Shown: positions 19,440-27,480 of the stretch, piece by piece
Layout: the number at the start of each line of letters is the position of its first letter
Position numbering within the stretch: the stretch's first letter is position 1
IMG/VR virus record: IMGVR_UViG_3300002055_000003
Coordinates: 10,707 to 74,706 of that record
DNA length: 64,000 bases
DNA from: a virus
Taxonomy: Duplodnaviria > Caudoviricetes
Strand: one strand, 5' to 3'
Notes under the pieces: model-generated
Told to the model about the DNA's origin: nothing
Seen by the model: only the letters and a program-made list of their open reading frames with translations
The model's database searches: none
Made by a program: the position numbers and the translations under genes

Positions 19440-19995
19440 ATCACTCACCACGAGTGGTCAGATGAGGGCGATCATTTATTAATCGGTCATTATCAGTGGA
19501 AACTACATAACACTGATCAGGTGCAGTCGAGTTGCAAGGCCCGTTATCGTAACCCATAAAGGATTGGGAGCGTTAATGGATATCCGAAGTAAATTACTGA
19601 TACTGGATACGAACTAAAATTCGTTATCAAATGAGAGTTGTTTTGCTAAGTGGAAGTGTGGGTGAAACAAACACAAATGGCCTATAAATGCGTCCACCAC
19701 TACGTTAAAGTTGAGCCAGATTAATGCACATATCGAATCAACTGGGGAGAAAAAAGTTTTGTCTTAATTATTTAAAGACTAAGACAAATCTAGGATTTAG
19801 AGTTTATTGAAATGTGAGGTACGAACATTGAATAAAAACTCTAAAGTCCTGCATATTGTCAGCGAAGCGGTTAAACAATATGCCATAACTATAAATGTTA
19901 GGCTATTTTAGATTTAAGGGGAATTGCGTCTGGGTTATTTGTAATAGCCACTTCGTGGAGTTGTGATGCATTTTTCTCAGGGAAACCCTTCGAAC
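19440..19995. ncRNA. Candidate structured non-coding RNA (or ssDNA structure) of about 550 nt; strand unknown
   Basis: No ORF of 60 aa or more in an otherwise packed genome. Consecutive stems, e.g. ATCAGTG/CACTGAT, TTTGTCTTA/TAAGACAAA, a ~23-bp imperfect stem at 19793-19849, CATATTGT/ACAATATG, GGCTATT/AATAGCC. Confidence 0.45.
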
Positions 19996-20047
19996 AAATA
20001 CACCAAACTGGAGTTTTTTGATTTAGGGGTTGTGGTAGAATACATTT

Positions 20048-20458
20048 ATGGATAAATTAAAAATAAAACAAGCTATCGTAGTTCGTAATGACTTAAGATC
20101 AAAACTTCGTCATGGAAAACTTGCATCACAAGTTTCACATGCATCAATGGCAGCATTTTTAGATGGGATGAAAATTGAACCGAAACATTCTTCGTGTTTT
20201 CATTTACTCACATTAGAAATGGAACATGCTAGAACTGAATGGATTTCTAACTCATTTACTAAAATAATATTAAGGTGTGATGATGAAGATTCAATCTTGA
20301 GATTGAATGATGAATGTATTAAAGGTCGATATCCACATGCATTAATCACAGATGCAGGAAGAACAGTATTTCAAGAACCAACAATTACATGTCTGGGTAT
20401 TGGTCCACTTCCAGAAGAAATTTTATATCCATTAACAGGCCATTTAAAGTTATATTAA
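20048..20458 (+). CDS. pth2: Peptidyl-tRNA hydrolase, Pth2 (archaeal/eukaryotic-type) family
   Basis: QAIVVRNDL...GKLASQVSHAS, W...KIILR, LITDAGRT...TCLGIGP...LTGHLKLY. Confidence 0.9.
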   Translation: MDKLKIKQAIVVRNDLRSKLRHGKLASQVSHASMAAFLDGMKIEPKHSSCFHLLTLEMEHARTEWISNSFTKIILRCDDEDSILRLNDECIKGRYPHALITDAGRTVFQEPTITCLGIGPLPEEILYPLTGHLKLY

Positions 20459-20494
20459 GTTTCGTTTCGTTTCGTTTTGTGATATAATTCCTCA

Positions 20495-23143
20495 ATGGAA
20501 CTTAATCAAGAAATAGCAAAATACTGGGTAGGTGGTGATGATAAACCGCCTAGAAAGGCTCAAATAGAAGCACTGAATTGGCTTGTCGAAAATAAACACA
20601 AGAAATATTTGTTCTTAGAAGCTCCTGTGGGATGCCATCAAAAGAATACAGATATACTAATGTACGATGGGACTTTTAAAAAAGTTCAGAACATTGTTAT
20701 TGGTGATCAATTAATGGGTCCAGACAGTGAACCGAGGAATGTATTGAGACTAGTATCAGGTGATGATGTTATGTATCGAGTCACACCCACTAAAGGTGAT
20801 TCTTTTGTTGTCAATCAACATCATGTATTGTCTTTAAAAACAACACCAACTGGTAAAGGCGGGTTTCAACATAATAATGATGTGGTGAATATTTCAGTTA
20901 AAGACTTTCTTCAAAAATCAGATTATTTTAAAAATAATATTAAGTTATATAGAACTAATGCTCTCTCATTCCGAGAAACATGCCAATCATCTACAATCGA
21001 TCCTTATTTTCTTGGTATATTACTTGGGGATGGCACTTTACATAATGGTGTTGGTGTTACAACTATAGATGAAGAAATTAAAGAAGTTGTATATGATGAA
21101 GCTCTCAAATATAATCTTCAAGTGAGGATTAATGAAAAAACTGATACAGACGCAGTTACATTATACCTTACATCGGGTTATCTTGGAGGAAGATCGGATA
21201 AAAATCAACTGATTAACGAACTTCAAGAATTAGATTTATATGGAACAAAATGTCATGATAAGTTTATACCTCATGTATACAAGACTGCTTCAATAAAATC
21301 TCGAAGAAGTCTATTGGGTGGTTTAATAGATTCAGATGGTCATCTCAGTACCGGTTGCATTGAAATAGTAAGTAAATCTGAGCGCCTTCTAGATGATATA
21401 ATCTTCATTTGTCGAAGTCTAGGGTTAGCAGCATATAAATCTATTAAAATAGTTAATGATGTCAATTATTTTCGAGTTTCTATTTCTGGTGATATGGAAA
21501 ATATTCCATCAGTTTTAATCAGAAAAACACAGACTAAAAGAAGTCAGAAAAAACGAGTAACTGTCACTGGATTTTCATTAACTGAATTGACAATAGATCG
21601 CTATTATGGATTTACCGTAGATTCTGACAATCTTTATGTGATGGGAGATTTTACAGTAACCCATAATTGTGGTAAATCAATGGTTGGTATGACATTTTCT
21701 CGTTATATGAAAAATCATGCTTATGCACTAACTCCACAAGTTATCTTACAACATCAATATGAAAATGATTTCGAATCAGATAAGACGCTGAACATGGCAT
21801 CTTTATATGGCAAAGCTAATTATACTTGTACAGAAAAGCATGGGTTAAGTTGTGCAGTTGGTTCTGTTGTTAAACCACGTTGTGCCAATTGTCCTTATGT
21901 AAATGCTCGTGATGCTGCTGTTTCTGCCAACAATACTGTTATGAATTATAAAATGGCATTATCCGCATGGAAATACACTAAAATTTTCAAAAAGGATGAT
22001 GAACCAGTTGTTCGCAAATTATCTATTTGCGATGAAGGACATACATTAGAAAATCACTTAGTTGGTTTCGATTCAATACAAATCACTGATAAGTGGTGTA
22101 CGGATCATCTATTACAAATGCCAAATAAAAATACACGAGATATTAAGGTAATGGTAGATTTTCTTCGGTCTGATTATTATTCTTCATTAGTTGAAGCATA
22201 TGATCACTTACTTACTGAAGTTGAATTAATGAAAGGTACAGAAGATGTTCGAATGGTTGCAAAGAAAACAAAAGAATTGAAATTCATAGAGAGTCAAATC
22301 AATACATGCACTTCAATCTTAAAGGCTTCTATGGATGATATTGACCGGGATTATGTTATGGTTGAAACGCAATTTGGTGTTGAATTGAAGCGACTGTATG
22401 GACATTATTCTTTTAAGAACATCATGGAACCCACTGCAAGACAATTTTTGTTTATGTCATCTACATTTCTTGGCAAAAAAGAATGTTGTGATGAATTAGG
22501 ACTGAATCCTGATGATGTTGCGTATATTTCAATTGATTCTGAGTTCGACCCTGATAATCGCCCAGTTGTGTTTATGCCTCGAATGAAAATGAATTATAAG
22601 TGGAAAGATGATTTTAATAAAAAGAATCGAAAAAAGATGATAGATACTATTGTCGAAATTGCAAAAATGCATGAAGGAGAAAATGGCATTATCCACACTG
22701 GAAACTTTGCAATTGCTGAATGGTTGGTTGAAAACCTATCTACTAAAACACATGAGTTGGTACATCACAATCCGGGCACTGAAATGAATCGCAATGAAGC
22801 TATTACATACTTCCTAGACGAATCAACAACACCTGCAATTTTGATTTCGCCTTCCAGTACCGAAGGGCTTGATCTAAAATATGATTTAGGTGGGTTTGCG
22901 ATTTTTGCCAAAATTCCATTTGGAAATATGGGTGATGCATGGATTAAGAAGCGAATGACTATATCAAATGAATGGTATCAGCGACGTGCCATCATTGATA
23001 TTATTCAAGGTTGTGGTCGAATTGTTCGTACTCCTGATGATGAAGGAACAACCTACATACTGGATGAATCGTTTGGTTACTTATACAATCAGAATAAGAA
23101 AATCATTCCGCAATGGTGGAAAGATGCATATCACGAAGTGTAA
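20495..23143 (+). CDS. DinG/XPD-family SF2 helicase with an Fe-S cluster motif, interrupted by an intein
   Basis: Q-motif PRKAQ, Walker A EAPVG|CGKS, four Cys (YTC...SC...RCANCPY), DEGH, MSST, EGLDL, QGCGRIVR. Confidence 0.9.
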   Translation: MELNQEIAKYWVGGDDKPPRKAQIEALNWLVENKHKKYLFLEAPVGCHQKNTDILMYDGTFKKVQNIVIGDQLMGPDSEPRNVLRLVSGDDVMYRVTPTKGDSFVVNQHHVLSLKTTPTGKGGFQHNNDVVNISVKDFLQKSDYFKNNIKLYRTNALSFRETCQSSTIDPYFLGILLGDGTLHNGVGVTTIDEEIKEVVYDEALKYNLQVRINEKTDTDAVTLYLTSGYLGGRSDKNQLINELQELDLYGTKCHDKFIPHVYKTASIKSRRSLLGGLIDSDGHLSTGCIEIVSKSERLLDDIIFICRSLGLAAYKSIKIVNDVNYFRVSISGDMENIPSVLIRKTQTKRSQKKRVTVTGFSLTELTIDRYYGFTVDSDNLYVMGDFTVTHNCGKSMVGMTFSRYMKNHAYALTPQVILQHQYENDFESDKTLNMASLYGKANYTCTEKHGLSCAVGSVVKPRCANCPYVNARDAAVSANNTVMNYKMALSAWKYTKIFKKDDEPVVRKLSICDEGHTLENHLVGFDSIQITDKWCTDHLLQMPNKNTRDIKVMVDFLRSDYYSSLVEAYDHLLTEVELMKGTEDVRMVAKKTKELKFIESQINTCTSILKASMDDIDRDYVMVETQFGVELKRLYGHYSFKNIMEPTARQFLFMSSTFLGKKECCDELGLNPDDVAYISIDSEFDPDNRPVVFMPRMKMNYKWKDDFNKKNRKKMIDTIVEIAKMHEGENGIIHTGNFAIAEWLVENLSTKTHELVHHNPGTEMNRNEAITYFLDESTTPAILISPSSTEGLDLKYDLGGFAIFAKIPFGNMGDAWIKKRMTISNEWYQRRAIIDIIQGCGRIVRTPDDEGTTYILDESFGYLYNQNKKIIPQWWKDAYHEV
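20633..21667 (+). mobile_element. Intein (345 aa), Cys1, with LAGLIDADG homing endonuclease
   Basis: CHQKNTDILMYDG start, block B VNQHHVLSL, FLGILLGDG and LGGLIDSDG, ends TVTHN/C. Removal restores EAPVGCGKS. Confidence 0.92.
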
Positions 23144-23180
23144 TTTGATAAATAATATTTTGATGACGGAGTGATTAAAA

Positions 23181-23441
23181 ATGTTATTGACTGAGATTTT
23201 AGGAACAAAATTTAAAGAAGAACGAAAGAAGCGCGTTGTTCCTGCACCAAAAGTTAATCCAGCTAAAATAGCATCTGAATACCGTAAAGTGAAGGCTACT
23301 GGTGAAAATCAAGACCATTCTGATCGATTGTGGCGCGATTTAGTAGGTGCTGTTGGTGAAGACAAAGCAAAAGCATTAGTATCCCAACAAAACTCAATCA
23401 AGAAAGATTCTCAAAAAGACGTATGGGGTACTGGCGTTTAA
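23181..23441 (+). CDS. Hypothetical protein, late promoter
   Basis: 86 aa; TAAATA at 23149-23154 and GGAG SD; MLLTEI-type start. Confidence 0.65.
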   Translation: MLLTEILGTKFKEERKKRVVPAPKVNPAKIASEYRKVKATGENQDHSDRLWRDLVGAVGEDKAKALVSQQNSIKKDSQKDVWGTGV

Positions 23442-23514
23442 AGTTTGTGAGTTGAAACACATTAAAAATTAATTTTCGTTTGTATAATTATCGCATACAC
23501 AACGGAGATATAAA

Positions 23515-23895
23515 ATGTCAATTCTAAATCAAATCGTTTCTTTTGTTAAATTTGCACTTGTTTCGTTCATAATTCTCATGTTTGCCTTTTTCTTCATGGG
23601 GTATATCGAGGCAAATAATCTAGTTGATAAAAATATTCACCACACACTGAATATTGTAAATGATAGATACACTCCAGAATTCATATATTCAGATGAATAT
23701 TGGACTAAGCGTGATAAGTTTTATACGCTTAAATGCCCGATTGCAGATTCTGTAAACAGAAATATTTGTGCTGAATCTCGTGAGTTATCACATGAAGAAT
23801 ATATTAATGATCGATACGATTCACTGTATGAAAGAATTGAAAGAATTGAAAATGGAAGTCCATTCGATATTCGACGATGGTTTTCTATGGTTTAA
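23515..23895 (+). CDS. Hypothetical protein with an N-terminal transmembrane helix
   Basis: GGAGA SD; hydrophobic FALVSFIILMFAFFFMGYI; upstream TATAAT at 23483-23488. Confidence 0.7.
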   Translation: MSILNQIVSFVKFALVSFIILMFAFFFMGYIEANNLVDKNIHHTLNIVNDRYTPEFIYSDEYWTKRDKFYTLKCPIADSVNRNICAESRELSHEEYINDRYDSLYERIERIENGSPFDIRRWFSMV

Positions 23896-24137
23896 TAAAC
23901 TGGATACATTGAATCCTTTTGAGCGTCCAATCGCTTCTTGATAAATCTTGACATTGCATCACGCTCACCCGGTGTTCTACGCATCATTTCTTCATATGTC
24001 ACCGCACCGCGCATGAAATAACAAATGCTGATGACGCTTTCAATAACGTTTTCAGCATTTTTTTCCAGCGATCTTATATATTTCCTAATTCGATCTGGGT
24101 CTTTGGTGCGTAATATTAGGAAAAGAGTGCTAAAGGG
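23892..24137 (-). CDS. Start-less -1 frame extension of the gp26-like gene (gp51-like / tail chaperone GT C-terminal domain)
   Basis: 81 open codons: PFSTLFLILRTKDPDRIRKYIRSLEKNAENVIESVISICYFMRGAVTYEEMMRRTPGERDAMSRFIKKRLDAQKDSMYPVY*. The frame opens exactly at the slippery heptamer. Not in the ORF track. Confidence 0.75.
   Translation of the reverse strand, partial: PFSTLFLILRTKDPDRIRKYIRSLEKNAENVIESVISICYFMRGAVTYEEMMRRTPGERDAMSRFIKKRLDAQKDSMYPVY
24081..24137 (-). promoter_or_regulatory. -1 programmed ribosomal frameshift signal
   Basis: C CCU UUA (X XXY YYZ) at 24137-24131, 7-nt spacer, then a 9-bp stem UUUCCUAAU (24123-24115) / AUUAGGAAA (24089-24081). Confidence 0.7.
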
Positions 24138-24988
24138 TTAGTTGGTAACTCAACTGGAAATTCTTCAGAACAATCTCGACATTTAACTGTGAATTTTGTA
24201 TCTACTCCCCATGAACCCATTTCACTGATTGAATTATTAATCTCTCTTACAGTCACCGGAGATACAATCTCTAGCCACTCTCTAACCATTTTTTGATCAG
24301 CAACTTCATCAACCGATAAAATCATATCAGATAGTTGATCTAAAAGTAATATATTCTGTTCCTCAGCATTAATGGGGGCGTCTCCATCCTTCGCAATAAG
24401 TTGCATTAACTTTGCATATGATTTAAATCTCATTGGTTGCATTTTGACAATTTGTGAGTTTTCCAATTCAATTCTATATGTTGATGATAGTGTTGATGGG
24501 TCAATTTCTTTTGTTTTTGCTAACATCTTACCAAGATTGGTTTGAAATGACTGTTTTCTAATGGGCACTCCTTCTTCACGCTCAGCCTTACAATCTTCGT
24601 GAATTTGTTCAAAATCAAATGTAGCACCGTAAGACACCTTACGAAGACATAATAATAGGAAATCAACATCCTGAGCTAATAATTCATAAGGAGCCTTGAC
24701 TGCTGGTACACAGCGACTAATGACTTCAGCGACTCCCTCTCCAGAAAACAATTTGGCGGGAGATGTTATTGTGATTTCATCCATTGAAGTCATTGGATGG
24801 ACGTGAACCTCACCATCTTCAACATCGTCAGATAATTCACCATTGGTATAGAAAATACCACACGAAGGAAGACGCACTGTTTCACCGGGCAATCTAGCTC
24901 GTTCTAAAAGTGGATTTATCGGTTTATCTGAGCTGACTTCTTTTAATACTCGCGGAATTTCAATTTCTGGATCAACACTATCGTTCAT
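24116..24988 (-). CDS. gp26: T4 gp26-like baseplate hub / tail assembly chaperone
   Basis: NPLLERARLPGETVRLPSCGIFY, PMTSMDEI, DVDFLLLCLRKVSYG, C-terminal KCRDC zinc motif; divergent from the tape measure gene. Confidence 0.75.
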   Translation of the reverse strand: MNDSVDPEIEIPRVLKEVSSDKPINPLLERARLPGETVRLPSCGIFYTNGELSDDVEDGEVHVHPMTSMDEITITSPAKLFSGEGVAEVISRCVPAVKAPYELLAQDVDFLLLCLRKVSYGATFDFEQIHEDCKAEREEGVPIRKQSFQTNLGKMLAKTKEIDPSTLSSTYRIELENSQIVKMQPMRFKSYAKLMQLIAKDGDAPINAEEQNILLLDQLSDMILSVDEVADQKMVREWLEIVSPVTVREINNSISEMGSWGVDTKFTVKCRDCSEEFPVELPTNPLALFS

Positions 24989-25011
24989 ATTTTATCATCT
25001 CTCATTTTTTC

Positions 25012-25039
25012 TAAATACGGTAATAATCATGAATATTTA
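25012..25039. promoter_or_regulatory. Face-to-face pair of late promoters (TAAATA + for tape measure; TAAATA - for gp26-like)
   Basis: CTAAATA at 25011-25017 (+) and TATTTAG at 25034-25040 (-) inside a 75-bp divergent intergenic region. Confidence 0.55.
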
Positions 25040-25063
25040 GTTGTTATGTAAAAGGATGGTTTT

Positions 25064-27430
25064 ATGGCAAATGCCGATCAAGTATTGAATACAGAATTGC
25101 GAAAAGTAGCCAATGAATTAACAACATTGGTTGGAATTATGCGTGCTCAAAATGGTGGTGATTCAAATGGCGGTTTTGGTGGAGAGACACAAGCTCGTAG
25201 TGGGTTTGTAGACGGTCGTTCCCAAGATACTGCCAACAAAAAGGCAATGAAGGAAGATAAAGCTGCTCACGATAAAATACGCGATGAGTTGGCAAAAGAT
25301 ACGTCTGAATTAGGACAGGCATTTTCTGTTGCTGCTGGTTCAATTGAATCAATTAACAATCTTATGAGTGCGAGTGCTGAAACTCAAGCAGAAAAATATG
25401 CAGAGATTTTAAACACTGCTACATCCGATGCTGATTTCAACCATCGAATGATACAACAATTTGGATTTACTATTAAACGTGGGTCTATGACTGTTGAAGA
25501 GTTCCAAGCAAAGATGGAAGAACTTGGTGAGGTTGTGGAAGAAAACGTTGAACAATTAAATAAATCAAATCAATCATTTGCTGAACATACACGCGAACTT
25601 TTTAATAATAATAAAGCTCTTGCAGGATTTGTTACCGCTTTAAAATTGGCAGGTGCTGAGGCTTACGATGTTGCCGTAGCTGCTGCATCAACTGGTGGTG
25701 AAGTAACATTATATCAAATGAAGCAAGCTAGGCTACTTGGTATGTCACATGCTGATTTGATTAAAGTTACAGCGCAATATAAACAAACAATGGGTGCTGC
25801 TGGTATGGGCACAGATGCATTTACCGAGTTAATGGCAGAAAATTCAAGAAAGATGGTTGGGTTTACTGGTAGTTTACAATCAGCTGGTGAATTAGCACTT
25901 AAATCATCTGAGTTATATAGATTATCTGGTGGGCAAACTGAAGAAGGATTGCGTGAATTCATAAGTGATGCCAATGAAAGATTTATCGATTTTCAAAAAA
26001 CAACAGGCGGAACGGTTGATCAATTTAATGAATTAAATTTAGCATTGAGAAATAGTTCTTCAACACAAACCGCTATGTATAAAATGTCGCTAAGCCAACG
26101 TAAGTTAGCAATGGAAGAGATGCAAAATCGAAGACAGTTATTAATAAACGATGGTTTACGCGCAGATCAAGCACAGGCGGTTGTTGATGCAATGACAGCA
26201 GCACAGGGTGGAACTGCCAAAGATCGACTTAAGAACGCTGCAAAACTTCAAGCATCACTCGGTGCTATGGGCATGGGAGCACAGGGAGCCGAAGCTGCTG
26301 ATATAATGCGAAAAGGTAATCGTGCATCAGAAGGTGAAAAGAAACGCTTACAAGAGATCATGTCTCAAGCTAATATGGAAGCTGGCCGACGAGGTGGTGG
26401 ATCACTTCAGGCAGAAATGGTGCAAGATCATATTAACGGATTGAATCCACTACTTGGTCCAGATAGTCCTTTTGTTGCTGTTGTAACTCAACTGACAAAC
26501 AAGTTAAACGAAAATACCCCACCACCTGACGAGCCAGCTTGGTTAGATAAATGGATAGATCGAGTTGTTGGACTTGGTGATATAATAAACAACGGCAAAA
26601 ATGATAACTTAGTTAAACTGTTTCTTGGAGCATTTAGTGCAGCACTTACTTTAATGTTTCCTCGAATAATTGCTAAGTTATTCAAAGGTGTGGCTGGAAT
26701 TTTAGGGAAGGTAGGCACTGCATTTAGAGTTCTTACTTTGGTCGCTGGTAAAATTTTAGCACCAATAGCAGCTTTGGGAGCTTCTTTTTACGTTGGTTGG
26801 CAAATGGGCACAAAAATTAATGATTATATCAATGAAAAATTTCCAGAAATTGGTCACAAGATTGGAGAAATAGTATTTAATATAGTCGAGGGAGTGAAAG
26901 GCATTTGGAATTATGCTTCTGATTTTGTAAAAGGTATCCCAAATATGTTTGCAACTGGACTTACTAATACTGTCGGCGTTATTGGTGATTTTTTTAGATC
27001 AATTGGTGATATTTTTGGTGCTGGGTTTAAATACCTCAAGGATAAAGCATTTGCAATATTTGATGATACCATAGAAGCTACTACCGACGCATTTGATGCA
27101 GTAGTAGGAGGCGTAAAGAATACATTTAATGAAACGGTTGATTTTTGGACGCCAGATAGATTTAAATCATCAAGTGATGAAATACAGACTCAAGCCACCG
27201 AACTAGCTAAAGTTCCTGAACAAATTAAACATTCAGCAGAAGCTGAGGAAGCAGTAAATCAGTTAATTGCAGATGGGATTAATAAATTGATTAGCTTAAA
27301 TGAAGCTGGAAATAGATATATCGCAGAAACTAATGCAAAAATGGAAGAAGCCCAGAAATTAGAAGAAGAAAATGCAAAAATGACAGTAGAAGCTATCGAA
27401 GCTACCACATCAGTTATACCAGTTCGATAA
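25064..27430 (+). CDS. Tape-measure-like protein (788 aa)
   Basis: Long Ala/Gln/Met-rich helical protein with a hydrophobic segment near residues 520-585; adjacent to the tail chaperone. Confidence 0.7.
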   Translation: MANADQVLNTELRKVANELTTLVGIMRAQNGGDSNGGFGGETQARSGFVDGRSQDTANKKAMKEDKAAHDKIRDELAKDTSELGQAFSVAAGSIESINNLMSASAETQAEKYAEILNTATSDADFNHRMIQQFGFTIKRGSMTVEEFQAKMEELGEVVEENVEQLNKSNQSFAEHTRELFNNNKALAGFVTALKLAGAEAYDVAVAAASTGGEVTLYQMKQARLLGMSHADLIKVTAQYKQTMGAAGMGTDAFTELMAENSRKMVGFTGSLQSAGELALKSSELYRLSGGQTEEGLREFISDANERFIDFQKTTGGTVDQFNELNLALRNSSSTQTAMYKMSLSQRKLAMEEMQNRRQLLINDGLRADQAQAVVDAMTAAQGGTAKDRLKNAAKLQASLGAMGMGAQGAEAADIMRKGNRASEGEKKRLQEIMSQANMEAGRRGGGSLQAEMVQDHINGLNPLLGPDSPFVAVVTQLTNKLNENTPPPDEPAWLDKWIDRVVGLGDIINNGKNDNLVKLFLGAFSAALTLMFPRIIAKLFKGVAGILGKVGTAFRVLTLVAGKILAPIAALGASFYVGWQMGTKINDYINEKFPEIGHKIGEIVFNIVEGVKGIWNYASDFVKGIPNMFATGLTNTVGVIGDFFRSIGDIFGAGFKYLKDKAFAIFDDTIEATTDAFDAVVGGVKNTFNETVDFWTPDRFKSSSDEIQTQATELAKVPEQIKHSAEAEEAVNQLIADGINKLISLNEAGNRYIAETNAKMEEAQKLEEENAKMTVEAIEATTSVIPVR

Positions 27431-27480
27431 TGCTTTTTATTTTTTGCTAAATATACTGATAGATTAAGAGAAATCAGTTA

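Noticed and set aside
19321-20047. tRNA, tmRNA or group I intron in the non-coding gap
   Set aside because: No cloverleaf with a GTTCGA T-loop or CCA end, no tag ORF, no recognisable P7 core, and the flanking genes are intact.
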